Positions 35,535 to 44,592 of a stretch of DNA of 49,450 nucleotides are shown one piece after another (position 1 is the stretch's first letter; each line of letters opens with the position of its first letter). The stretch is taken from IMG/VR virus record IMGVR_UViG_3300025387_000025, positions 1-49,450 of that record; one strand, written 5' to 3'. A program made the translations under genes and the position numbers. Under the pieces are notes generated by a model, which was not told the DNA's origin, searched no databases, and worked only from the letters and a program-made list of their open reading frames with translations. This stretch comes from a virus (lineage: Duplodnaviria; Caudoviricetes).

Positions 35535-36058
35535 ACAGGTGCCTCACGTTTTTTCCATGAATGTAAATTTGTTTTACCGTTTTTATAATAATTACGGTAG
35601 TTTGTAATTGGATCATCAGAGATAATATATTTATCATCCATACAAGATGGCATTGGTGTCCAATCATAATCTTCTAATTTTTTAGGAGGTGATTGTAACA
35701 TGTAACTTAGTTCACCAGAACACTTATGTTTTTTATCATAACGATATGTATATTCATCCATCAAAGCAAACATGTGTTCAACTAACCAATTATAATTCTC
35801 AATGCTCCTACGAACCCATACAGCAGACGCATGATTAATATGTGTAGCTTTGTAAAGAATTGGTTCACGTGAGTCATATAATTCATACCTTTTTGCTTTT
35901 CTTCCTGATTCAGAAACATATTGTATTTCTTTACCATCAAGAACACGATGTGCTGTTGATAGAAGTTGTGCGCTTTCTAAAATCATTTTAACAACATGAC
36001 GATCAACCATCATTTGTGCAGCTTCTACAGCATCTTTACTTAGGTAAAAGATATTCAT
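35519..36058 (-). CDS. Pyrimidine dimer DNA glycosylase / endonuclease V-like protein
   Basis: MNIFYL...DRHVVKMILESAQLLSTAH, YK.TH.NH, EYTYRY.K.H. Confidence 0.8.
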   Translation of the reverse strand: MNIFYLSKDAVEAAQMMVDRHVVKMILESAQLLSTAHRVLDGKEIQYVSESGRKAKRYELYDSREPILYKATHINHASAVWVRRSIENYNWLVEHMFALMDEYTYRYDKKHKCSGELSYMLQSPPKKLEDYDWTPMPSCMDDKYIISDDPITNYRNYYKNGKTNLHSWKKREAPVWIQS

Positions 36059-36183
36059 TTTTTATCCCAATATACGAACAATTTAATCCAAATATACACC
36101 ATAAAAAATATAATTGCAAATAGAATTATGTCTTCTATGTGATGTATTTTTTCATTTAGTTCATTAAATGGAAAATATTTCAC
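36055..36183 (-). CDS. Possible 42-aa single-TM peptide (GTG start)
   Basis: Fills the gap between the GNAT and denV-like genes with overlapping stop/start at both ends. Confidence 0.4.
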   Translation of the reverse strand: MKYFPFNELNEKIHHIEDIILFAIIFFMVYIWIKLFVYWDKK

Positions 36184-36617
36184 AATTTTTTCTCCATAAT
36201 ATATGCATCATATCCAGGTGCATAATAGTCTTTTTCTGATCCTATTATATTATAGCCGTTTTTGTTGTAAATGTCAATAGCCTTTTTGTTGTTTACATAC
36301 ACTTCAAGGATTATTCGTTTAAATGATTCCGCTCTTTCGTTTACAAACTCTAACAAAAATTTACTTAATTTGTGTTTACGAAATTGAGGAACTATTGCAA
36401 ATGATTCTAACCCCAAAGTTTCTTCATTTTCAAATCTTAATATTATTTCACCAGCAGGAAGATTATCAACCATTAGTAGATAACATTCATTTCCATTTTT
36501 GAAACAATCATTATAATATTCCATATCTTCATGAAATATTTTATCGAAACTTACGTCGTCTATATTCTTCAAGAGTACGGCATCTGCTAATCTTGCTGGT
36601 ATTATCTTTTTTTCCAT
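36180..36617 (-). CDS. GNAT acetyltransferase, RimI-like
   Basis: AIVPQFRKH.L, LEV...N..AI..Y...GY, DYY..G.DAYIM. Confidence 0.8.
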   Translation of the reverse strand: MEKKIIPARLADAVLLKNIDDVSFDKIFHEDMEYYNDCFKNGNECYLLMVDNLPAGEIILRFENEETLGLESFAIVPQFRKHKLSKFLLEFVNERAESFKRIILEVYVNNKKAIDIYNKNGYNIIGSEKDYYAPGYDAYIMEKKL

Positions 36618-37072
36618 TTTCTGAACGCCTGATCTTTATGAAATTTATTAGCTTTATCAAAAAATCTAATCCCATCTAAATGATCCATTTCATGTTGAAA
36701 TACTCTTGCTGACATTCCAATAAATTGTCTAGTTTCAACATCACCGTTAGGTGTATTAAATCTAACCCTAACCATTGAAGGTCTTTTTACTTTAACAAGA
36801 AGACCTGGATAACTAAGACAACCTTCTTCTAAAACAATTTGATCTGTGGATCTACCAACAATCTTTGGGTTAAAACAAACAAAGTTTTCTGGTGCTCCTC
36901 TCATTGCAAATATACGATAAGGAACTCCTACTTGATTTGCGGCCAATCCTAATCCATTTTTTTCATACATAAATTTCATAAGATTTTGTGCAAATTCAAA
37001 TGGATCAAAAGGTGCTGATTGGAAGTCAAAATCATGACATTTAGAAGTCAAATATTCATCATTAAATTCCAT
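36602..37072 (-). CDS. def: Peptide deformylase
   Basis: GLGLAANQVG, EEGCLS, QHEMDHLDG. Confidence 0.95.
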   Translation of the reverse strand: MEFNDEYLTSKCHDFDFQSAPFDPFEFAQNLMKFMYEKNGLGLAANQVGVPYRIFAMRGAPENFVCFNPKIVGRSTDQIVLEEGCLSYPGLLVKVKRPSMVRVRFNTPNGDVETRQFIGMSARVFQHEMDHLDGIRFFDKANKFHKDQAFRKWKKR

Positions 37073-37079
37073 AATTTCC

Positions 37080-37571
37080 TCACATTAGACTTTTAGCATA
37101 TTTACAACGATTAGCAAATCCATCACCATTTTCTGGATGATCAGTAGTATATCCACGTGGACGTTCATAAGAAATAGCCAATAATAAAGCATCATCAATA
37201 TTAGTAGTCTTTTTTAATTTAGAACCAAGTGACTTTTCAGAACCTTTTGTGAGTTCCCAATTAACGAATCGTGCTTGCGTATCAAGATCACCAATTGGTT
37301 TATTTAAACTTGTTGCAAATCTTTCAAGATCAGCAAGTCTATTACCTCTCCACTGTGCAATACCAAATGCGGTATGTTTATCACCCCAAACATTACAACG
37401 AAGATCCGTATAAGATTCCTGCATAAACTGACCACACATAGCCGCCGCCTGAAAATCAGTCCAACCAAGAGACATTAGAACGTTCTTAACATAAAGAGGA
37501 CGGTTTTTACCTTTTAATGTATTGGGGTCTATTACTGGTTGATTATCTGTTCTTTTAAATAATTTAAACAT
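37080..37571 (-). CDS. Phage tail-type lysozyme domain protein (candidate endolysin)
   Basis: QAAAMCG....ES, AFGIAQW.G.R, Q..F...EL, YERP. Confidence 0.8.
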   Translation of the reverse strand: MFKLFKRTDNQPVIDPNTLKGKNRPLYVKNVLMSLGWTDFQAAAMCGQFMQESYTDLRCNVWGDKHTAFGIAQWRGNRLADLERFATSLNKPIGDLDTQARFVNWELTKGSEKSLGSKLKKTTNIDDALLLAISYERPRGYTTDHPENGDGFANRCKYAKSLM

Positions 37572-37584
37572 ATATTTCTCCTAA

Positions 37585-38031
37585 TTATTCACATAAATAT
37601 TTTTTAAATTTTTCTTTATTTTTTTCATATGTCCCTAAACCATTATTACACGCAACACACAAAAGACCTCTATATAACCCCGTTTTATGATCATGATCTA
37701 CTTGTGGTAGATTCATTTCTTTTTCGCATATTTTACATTTTCCATTTTGTTTTAATAATTCTTCTTGATATTTTTCATAGGTTATATCTATAATACCTTT
37801 TCTTTTCCAATTTTTTTCCATAAGAATAGATTTATTGTTTTCTCTATATTTCAGTGCCTTATCACTATCATATATTTCAGACCAATAATTTGGATTTTCT
37901 TTTACTTGTTTTTCTCTCCATTTTTTATTTAATTCTCTAATTCTTTCTTTATTTTTTTGGTTATAGAGTCTATTATAATTTGGATTTGATCTTTCTGGTA
38001 AATCATCATGTAATTCTCTCTTTTTTCTCAT
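37585..38031 (-). CDS. Endonuclease VII-type HNH homing endonuclease
   Basis: QNGKCKIC...VDHDHKTG.YRGLLC..CN.GLG; basic N-terminus. Confidence 0.85.
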   Translation of the reverse strand: MRKKRELHDDLPERSNPNYNRLYNQKNKERIRELNKKWREKQVKENPNYWSEIYDSDKALKYRENNKSILMEKNWKRKGIIDITYEKYQEELLKQNGKCKICEKEMNLPQVDHDHKTGLYRGLLCVACNNGLGTYEKNKEKFKKYLCE

Positions 38032-38073
38032 ATTTTTCTCCTAAAAGTTTTTATTTGTATTTATATGAGAAAA
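38023..38073 (-). promoter_or_regulatory. Late promoter (38058-38065) with start-codon-sequestering inverted repeat
   Basis: TTTTCTCATAT / ATATGAGAAAA perfect 11-bp pair including the ATG. Confidence 0.7.
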
Positions 38074-38082
38074 CGCAAAAAT

Positions 38083-39786
38083 TTATTCAATTGTTGAAAA
38101 ATTCTTTATTTTTTTAAAATGAACTACATGGGTGAATTTCTCCGTCATTTGTTCTTTATGTGAAATAATAATAATATTATTGTCCTTTGATACATCATTT
38201 ACAACATTCATAAGATAACTAACTGAATTATTATCTAATGATGAGTCAAGTATTTCATCAAATATTAAAAGATTTGTATTAATAGAATTACGCAACTTTG
38301 CTATTGCTCTCCAAGTAAACAGTAATGCCAAATCAATCTTTTGCTTTTCTCCCTCTGAAAAAGAAGAATAAGTGAAAGAATCTCTGAAACGTGATTTTAT
38401 TGTTTCGCTGAAATTTTCATCTAATTCAAACTCACAAAAAAGCTCAAATTCAGCCAAATACTTGTTTATAAGCTTATTTATGATTGGTATATATTGTTTT
38501 ATAATTTTTGACTTAATTCCATCATCTTTTAACAATGTACTAGCAAAACTAAGAACAGTCTTATCTTCTGATAACTTATTGTAACGATCTTCAATTTCTT
38601 TTGATTGTTTTTCAAAATCATTGATTTTATTTTCTGAATTAACATTATGTATTTTTTTAATCTTTTCTATATCCTGCTCAAGTTTTTTAATGTATTTTTC
38701 TGAAGACTGTACATTAGTTTTTACCCTAATCTTTTCCATTTCAAGGTCTTGGATTTCAGAATTTGTTTTCATAATCTCTTTAAGATTATTATTAAGTACA
38801 TCATACTCATCAGATAGCTTTTTAAGACCATCATTTATTTTATCTATTTCACAGTTTTTTTCTGTGATTTGTGCATGTTTAAAGTCTTTATCAATTTCTT
38901 GCTTACAAGTTGGACAAGAATCATTAGTTTCAAAGAATTTAATGTTTTCATTTAAAATATTTGATTTTGCCTCAATTTGATGACGTAATTTTGATAGCTT
39001 GTTTATTTTATTTGAAATATTATCTTTTTCTACAATATTGCTTTCTAATTCCTTTATTTGTTTAGATATTTGTTTCAAATAAATATTTAATTCTTTAATT
39101 TGTTCTTGTGCATCTTCAATTAACTTTTTCTTTTCATCTATCATTTTTTCGTTATTATTTTGAAGTTCAACTAAATGTTGTTTTGTCATTTCAATCTTTG
39201 ATTCAATAACTTTCTTTTCAGTAATAATATTATTCATTTCATCTTTATTAATAAGAAGTTTGTCTTTTAATAAAGAATTCATTACTGTGAAAATCTGTAA
39301 TCCTAAAAGATCTTCAATGATATCTCTTCTTTGTGCTGCTGGTAATTGCATAAATGGTTGAAATGTCGCAGTTCCAAGAACAACAACTTGACAAAATGAT
39401 TTATGATTTACTTTGATAATTTGTTTTTCAAGTATATCTTGATAATCAGCAATATCTGCTGATTGATTAAGAAGAGAACCGTTTTGATAAACTTCAAATA
39501 TTGTTGGTTTAATACCACGAACAACTTTATATTCTACAGAACCAATAGAAAATTCTACTTCAACAACCAATCCTTTTTGTGTTATAGAATTAACAAGTTG
39601 AGGTTTATTAATTTTTCTGAATGGTTTTCCAAATAAACCAAAAGATAAAGCATCAAGAATAGTTGACTTACCAGCACCGTTAGCACCAATAACTAATGTA
39701 GTGTCTTTGGAACATAGATCAAACTCTGTAAATTGATTTCCAGTAGAAAGCAAATTACACCATTTTATTTTCTTAAAATATATCAT
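38083..39786 (-). CDS. 46: Recombination endonuclease ATPase subunit (gp46, Rad50-like)
   Basis: GANGAGKST, CPTC hook, FSEGEK, DEILDSSLD, ISH. Confidence 0.95.
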   Translation of the reverse strand: MIYFKKIKWCNLLSTGNQFTEFDLCSKDTTLVIGANGAGKSTILDALSFGLFGKPFRKINKPQLVNSITQKGLVVEVEFSIGSVEYKVVRGIKPTIFEVYQNGSLLNQSADIADYQDILEKQIIKVNHKSFCQVVVLGTATFQPFMQLPAAQRRDIIEDLLGLQIFTVMNSLLKDKLLINKDEMNNIITEKKVIESKIEMTKQHLVELQNNNEKMIDEKKKLIEDAQEQIKELNIYLKQISKQIKELESNIVEKDNISNKINKLSKLRHQIEAKSNILNENIKFFETNDSCPTCKQEIDKDFKHAQITEKNCEIDKINDGLKKLSDEYDVLNNNLKEIMKTNSEIQDLEMEKIRVKTNVQSSEKYIKKLEQDIEKIKKIHNVNSENKINDFEKQSKEIEDRYNKLSEDKTVLSFASTLLKDDGIKSKIIKQYIPIINKLINKYLAEFELFCEFELDENFSETIKSRFRDSFTYSSFSEGEKQKIDLALLFTWRAIAKLRNSINTNLLIFDEILDSSLDNNSVSYLMNVVNDVSKDNNIIIISHKEQMTEKFTHVVHFKKIKNFSTIE

Positions 39787-40007
39787 TTTAATCCAATCAA
39801 TTCACAATCTGCATCAGTTTCAATCCAAAGTTTAGCACCACAAGGTCTTGGTTTTTCTGGACGATATATCATTCTTGATGGACCGTTAATTATAACTTCC
39901 ATACAATATTGAACTTTACCATTTTCTTCAACACGACAAACAGGGTTTGATTCACCACGTTTTGCATTTTGTTGAATGATATTTCTGTTTATGTGTATTA
40001 TTTTCAT
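39783..40007 (-). CDS. Conserved phage hypothetical protein
   Basis: IHINRN.I..N.K...Y.P.KP..CGAKLWIET. Confidence 0.7.
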   Translation of the reverse strand: MKIIHINRNIIQQNAKRGESNPVCRVEENGKVQYCMEVIINGPSRMIYRPEKPRPCGAKLWIETDADCELIGLK

Positions 40008-41059
40008 TCAATTTCCAATGCTTCATGATATAAATCAATAATAGTTGCTTCTAATTTTTCTTTATTAACACCTTTAATATCTCTAGTCTCAATATATTTT
40101 TTACATATATCAATAGTTGATTCTGCTTCATTAACAATATCTTGATCTTCTTCCATACCAAGATTCAGATGATCTTCTACTATCTGAATTTCAATAGGAT
40201 TTACTTTCTCAATACTATCAATAAAACGATCAAAGAAATATGGATTGTTTTTTTGTGTGACTATTACTTTAAGAATACAATCTGCATATTCACTTACGTC
40301 AATCTTTTCCATAAGATTTGCATGTTGATCGTTATACCATACTTTTTTAAACATACTATATGGGTTTTGAATAAATGTTAATTCTCTTGTTTGTGTGTCA
40401 AATACATTAAACCCTCTAGGATCGTTATAATCAGACCAAGTATACTCTCCAGGACTACCCAAATAGTGAATATTACCACGGCTTGAACGATGATGATAGT
40501 GGCCAGAACAGACAATATCAAAGCGTCCAAACAAAGTTGGATCGTCGCCATGAGACATGACTGATCCTTTGTACATTTCGAATCCCTGTAATTCAAGATG
40601 ACCGAACGCAATTTGTGCATTAGTTTTCCTTATTAATTCAAAGGAATGCTCTCTATTTTCATCGCAAATCCAAGGAATTAATAATATCTTAGTTTCACCG
40701 AACATTACTTCAGTTGTTTTATCATATATATTTAGTGGGTAACGATTAAAAAGTTCAGTAAAAGAACTAATAATATTAGTATTTTTATGATAAACATCAT
40801 GGTTGCCTAGTATTTGATGCCAATCAATATTACGGTTCAAAGCTGGTTCTATTAAGTCCTTCCTAAGACGATTAGCTGTATTGATGTTAATATATTTACG
40901 ACGATCAATAATATCACCACAGTGAACTACAGTGTGTATATTGTTGTCATCAAGATATTTAAAAAAGACATTATCATAGAACCTTTTCATATAGTCATGA
41001 AAAGCCGTGGAATCATTTCTGATTCCAGCATGAGAATCGGTAATAAGTGCGATTTTCAT
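40004..41059 (-). CDS. 47: Recombination endonuclease nuclease subunit (gp47, Mre11-like)
   Basis: TDSH.G, GD..DRR, GNHD, GH.E, SGHYH. Confidence 0.95.
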   Translation of the reverse strand: MKIALITDSHAGIRNDSTAFHDYMKRFYDNVFFKYLDDNNIHTVVHCGDIIDRRKYININTANRLRKDLIEPALNRNIDWHQILGNHDVYHKNTNIISSFTELFNRYPLNIYDKTTEVMFGETKILLIPWICDENREHSFELIRKTNAQIAFGHLELQGFEMYKGSVMSHGDDPTLFGRFDIVCSGHYHHRSSRGNIHYLGSPGEYTWSDYNDPRGFNVFDTQTRELTFIQNPYSMFKKVWYNDQHANLMEKIDVSEYADCILKVIVTQKNNPYFFDRFIDSIEKVNPIEIQIVEDHLNLGMEEDQDIVNEAESTIDICKKYIETRDIKGVNKEKLEATIIDLYHEALEIE

Positions 41060-41238
41060 TAAAACCTGCGTGTTGTCTTTTGAACGCTTTGTTTATTCAA
41101 AACTGAACTACAGTAATCTCTAATAGTCTCAAGACGAATAATTAGATTCATTCGCTCGTTTTCTTTTGTGTTTTTGTCATTGATACGCTCAACAATGTCA
41201 ACAATGTTGATAGGAACCAAATGTAAATTTTTATTCAT
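41059..41238 (-). CDS. Hypothetical protein
   Basis: GGAG RBS; 59 aa between gp55 and gp47. Confidence 0.6.
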   Translation of the reverse strand: MNKNLHLVPINIVDIVERINDKNTKENERMNLIIRLETIRDYCSSVLNKQSVQKTTRRF

Positions 41239-41794
41239 CGTTTTTCTCCTGAAAATTTTCAATACCCACCATCTTAACTGCTTTTGGTGCTTTTGTCAAT
41301 ACATTTTTTTCTTCAAATGATTTAACTATTTCAGATGAATATTCATTGGCTTTAAGGTGTATATTTTCAGCATCTGACCATAACTCATTCATCATAAAAG
41401 AGTTTTCAAAGTTTTTATGTTTAATATATGTTTGTTTCTTTTCCTTTTGAATACGACGAATGAAAGCATTCCATGCAATTTGTGTAAAATAAGCAAATGG
41501 ATTGTTTGTTCTTTCTGGATCAAAATTATCAACAGCAGCAATACAGTCTACAATTGCATCAGCAATCATATCTATCTTATATGTGTATCCAGAGAAATTT
41601 GGTTTTTTAGCTAAATTATTACATATAAGAAGTATTGATTCACCAATATATTTTGGAACTTGTGGTTCAGAATTTTTTTTATTCTCTTTTGCCTCTTTTA
41701 ATTCGTTTTTATAATGAATCATTGAACCGTAAAGTGTTTTATTATTGATATAATTATTCTTTTTTCTTGGTTTTTTAATTTCTGGATTTGACAT
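41231..41794 (-). CDS. 55: Late transcription sigma factor (gp55)
   Basis: YINNK, YIGE, PNFSGYTY..DMI.D, NPFAYFTQI...AF.RRI.KEK. Confidence 0.95.
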   Translation of the reverse strand: MSNPEIKKPRKKNNYINNKTLYGSMIHYKNELKEAKENKKNSEPQVPKYIGESILLICNNLAKKPNFSGYTYKIDMIADAIVDCIAAVDNFDPERTNNPFAYFTQIAWNAFIRRIQKEKKQTYIKHKNFENSFMMNELWSDAENIHLKANEYSSEIVKSFEEKNVLTKAPKAVKMVGIENFQEKNDE

Positions 41795-41796
41795 AA

Positions 41797-43251
41797 TTAA
41801 ACCTTTACTTTTAGATTAACATTATACAATTTATATGAGAATTTCTCTTCATTATATATTTTTATTCTTTCCATGAAATGTAAAATTGTGAAATTTTTTC
41901 TATCTTTCCAAGTAAGATTATCTGCTATGTCGTATAAGGTAGCAGCAGTTTTAGTATCAGACTTACGTAACCCCCTGCCAATTGACTGAAGATTCCGTAT
42001 GCGAGACTTGCTTGGGCTAGCAAAAATAATACTATGAAGATTCTTAATATTGACTCCGGTAGAAAAAGTACCAAAGCTAGCGACAATAATAGCGTTTCGT
42101 TCATTTTCAACAATCCTTCTTATCTCCTCACGTTCTTGTCCATCAACAGAACCTGATACAAAAAATACTTTTCTGTCTTCTACTTCTTTTTCTATGATAT
42201 TATACAGTATTTTTCCATGTTTGTCAACAAATTGAAACAACAGTAAAGTATTACCTTCTAATGAAAGAGCTAAATTTTTAATAAAATTATTTCTCTCAGG
42301 GCATCTAACTAACCAATCTATTTCATCTTGATACTTATAAGATGATAATTGTTTTTTAATTTCATCACTGTAATTTAAAACAATTCCTTTTATTCTAAAT
42401 TCTGCTAAATGTTTTTTTTCAATTAACTCAGAAGTAGATATAACTTTACGTACAGGACCAAATAAACCTTCTAATACTAATTTATGAGTTTGTGAACCAT
42501 CAAGTGTTCCTGTAAATCCAAATCTATATTTACACTCTGTTAATTTTCCTAATATGGAAGTTAATGACTTAGCCTTGAAAAGATGTGCTTCGTCTCCAAT
42601 AACTACATCAAAATTTGAGAAATACGTCTTAGATAATTTGTAAACCGATTGCCACGTTGTGATGGTAATAGGCTTATCTGAAACTTTATCTTGTCCAGAA
42701 AATACACGATGTACCCACATATCAGAGTTAAAACCGTAGTCAGCAAAATCAGAGGCAAGCTGAGAAACAAGAGAAGTAGTTGGAACAATAATAAGAGTGC
42801 GACTCGCATAATACCTCACTAATAGATATATAATAAAAGACTTACCAGAAGCAGTTGGTGATAATAATAAAGATCTTCGTTCTCTTATTGCATGTGTAAA
42901 TGCTTCAATTTGATAATCTCTTGGTTCAAGAGTTGGTTTTAATTTAGTAATAAAATCTTTTGCTTCTTTTAATGAAAATTCTTCTGATGAAAAATCTGAA
43001 ATATATTCCAGTAAATATTCTCTTGTTTTACAAAATTCTTCAATATAATTTAATAATCCAGCATATATTAAACCTGTCATTGGATTATATAGATATATAA
43101 ACCCATCCCATTGTTTAGCCCTAAATGCAGGAGTAAACTTAGCTCCAGGAACAGAAAATTTAAAATAATCTTTTAGTTCATATGCAATACTTGGTTCACA
43201 TTTTACTTTTATATAAACCTCATCATATTTCTCAACTTGAATTGTTTCCAT
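41797..43251 (-). CDS. uvsW: RNA-DNA/DNA-DNA helicase UvsW
   Basis: RDYQ, SPTASGKS, DEAH, TGT, QSIGRGLR. Confidence 0.95.
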   Translation of the reverse strand: METIQVEKYDEVYIKVKCEPSIAYELKDYFKFSVPGAKFTPAFRAKQWDGFIYLYNPMTGLIYAGLLNYIEEFCKTREYLLEYISDFSSEEFSLKEAKDFITKLKPTLEPRDYQIEAFTHAIRERRSLLLSPTASGKSFIIYLLVRYYASRTLIIVPTTSLVSQLASDFADYGFNSDMWVHRVFSGQDKVSDKPITITTWQSVYKLSKTYFSNFDVVIGDEAHLFKAKSLTSILGKLTECKYRFGFTGTLDGSQTHKLVLEGLFGPVRKVISTSELIEKKHLAEFRIKGIVLNYSDEIKKQLSSYKYQDEIDWLVRCPERNNFIKNLALSLEGNTLLLFQFVDKHGKILYNIIEKEVEDRKVFFVSGSVDGQEREEIRRIVENERNAIIVASFGTFSTGVNIKNLHSIIFASPSKSRIRNLQSIGRGLRKSDTKTAATLYDIADNLTWKDRKNFTILHFMERIKIYNEEKFSYKLYNVNLKVKV

Positions 43252-43685
43252 TATGCTCCCATAGTAAATTTTTGCCAATCAATACCATTACGAATAACAA
43301 AATTTCTATTAATAATTGTTTTAATTATGCTTTCTAAAAAATCAATTTTTTCCTGTTGCAAACCAATTTTTAAACCTAATTCAACCACATCTTTATCTGC
43401 TTCCATGTACATTGGAATATCAGATTTAAGAACCATTCCCTTTGGAGGTAATCTCCAACCCTTATCTCTGGTTTCTTCATTTGGTCCTTGTGTTAAGAAT
43501 TCATACTTATCTAATTTTAGAATCTTCATATCAGACTCAAGTTTACGAAGAATTAATCTTTCTTTAATCAAGATATTATAATATTTACTATGAAGTTTGG
43601 GAATATTTAATGACTCATCTCCTAATTCAGTTTTATCAATTTTAGTATCTTTTTCCCATAAATCCATAATCTCATCAATATTCAT
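43251..43685 (-). CDS. uvsY: Recombination mediator UvsY
   Basis: W.KD..ID...L..ESL.IPKLHSKY...IDWQKF..G. Confidence 0.9.
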   Translation of the reverse strand: MNIDEIMDLWEKDTKIDKTELGDESLNIPKLHSKYYNILIKERLILRKLESDMKILKLDKYEFLTQGPNEETRDKGWRLPPKGMVLKSDIPMYMEADKDVVELGLKIGLQQEKIDFLESIIKTIINRNFVIRNGIDWQKFTMGA

Positions 43686-43714
43686 AAATTTCTCCAATTT
43701 GTCACTATTCTGTA

Positions 43715-43743
43715 ATTATAACATAAAATAAAACACATGTCAA
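43715..43743 (-). promoter_or_regulatory. Sigma70-like promoter for uvsY-uvsW-55-47-46
   Basis: TTGACA-17-TATAAT with TGn. Confidence 0.85.
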
Positions 43744-43746
43744 GAC

Positions 43747-43775
43747 TTGACAATACTTTAAAATATCTGTATAAT
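43747..43775 (+). promoter_or_regulatory. Divergent sigma70-like promoter antisense to gp3
   Basis: TTGACA-17-TATAAT perfect consensus with no downstream + strand ORF. Confidence 0.65.
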
Positions 43776-43798
43776 TATATTGTTAAGGAAAAAATATA

Positions 43799-44323
43799 TT
43801 ATATTGTTTTGGATATATCAAAATATGTATACTTAAATGATGCTGATGCTGTAAGATATTTAATATCTTTATCAATTGTATTAAATGAAATACCTGATAA
43901 TGCTAATGGATAAGCATCAATAAATGTTACATCATAATTAATAGTTTTAATATTAGATAATATTGATAAAGTAATATCAGAATATATACTTTCACCTGTC
44001 CATGATGGTTTATTTTGAATATCAGCATATTCATTGAAATCATGAGGCTTACCTAAACCTCTAATCCAATTATGAATTTCTAGATAATTCATCATATTTT
44101 CATCAACTATAAATGTAATATCAAGATTAGCATAATCAATATGTTCACCTGGATATGGTATTTTAACAAATGGATTAGGTGTATCAACTTGTTTTAAAAA
44201 TATTTTAGGTATGCTTGCTTTTTGAATAAAAAAGTTTACATGAGGAGCTTTCTTAATTAAGAACCTAAAATTAAGTTGAGAGAGATAATTAAGATTTGTT
44301 GGGGTATTATCAATTGCTGACAT
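43799..44323 (-). CDS. 3: Tail tube terminator / tail completion protein (gp3-like)
   Basis: N.NYLS...FRF.I...P.V.FF.Q...IP, F.VDE.M.NY.EI.NW; position between gp23 and uvsY. Confidence 0.85.
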   Translation of the reverse strand: MSAIDNTPTNLNYLSQLNFRFLIKKAPHVNFFIQKASIPKIFLKQVDTPNPFVKIPYPGEHIDYANLDITFIVDENMMNYLEIHNWIRGLGKPHDFNEYADIQNKPSWTGESIYSDITLSILSNIKTINYDVTFIDAYPLALSGISFNTIDKDIKYLTASASFKYTYFDISKTI

Positions 44324-44360
44324 TAAAAACTCCTAATAGCTTTACTACTATTTAGGTAAG

Positions 44361-44384
44361 AAAAAAGGAGAGCCAAAGCTCTCC
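44361..44384 (-). terminator. Intrinsic terminator
   Basis: GGAGAGC-TTTG-GCTCTCC-TTTTTT. Confidence 0.85.
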
Positions 44385-44386
44385 AG

Positions 44387-44515
44387 TTATTCGCCACCTT
44401 GTTTATGTGGTCTTACATTAGTATTTAGTTCTTTTTGTTTTCTAAATTCTTCCCAACGTTTTTTAGTAGCTTCTGATACTTTTTTACGTCTTTCATTAAA
44501 TCCATATTTTTCCAT
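44387..44515 (-). pseudogene. Internally deleted GIY-YIG (Seg-like) homing endonuclease relic
   Basis: 42 aa: MEKYGF fused to NERRKKVSEATKKRWEEFRKQK; retains hairpin, RBS and late promoter. Confidence 0.55.
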
Positions 44516-44519
44516 AAAA

Positions 44520-44553
44520 AATACTCCCAAAGTTTCCTCTGGGAGTATTTAGT
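44520..44553 (-). terminator. Hairpin after gp23 (terminator and RBS-sequestering) overlapping late promoter ACTAAATA
   Basis: AATACTCCCAGAG-GAAA-CTTTGGGAGTATT-TTT. Confidence 0.75.
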
Positions 44554-44592
44554 ATTTGTTTTAGTTAACAATCTAACTAAAAAGTGTAGTGC

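Noticed and set aside
37585-38031. Annotation as core Holliday junction resolvase gp49
   Set aside because: The nuclease domain is C-terminal behind a basic extension and has homing-endonuclease-style hairpin and late promoter control.
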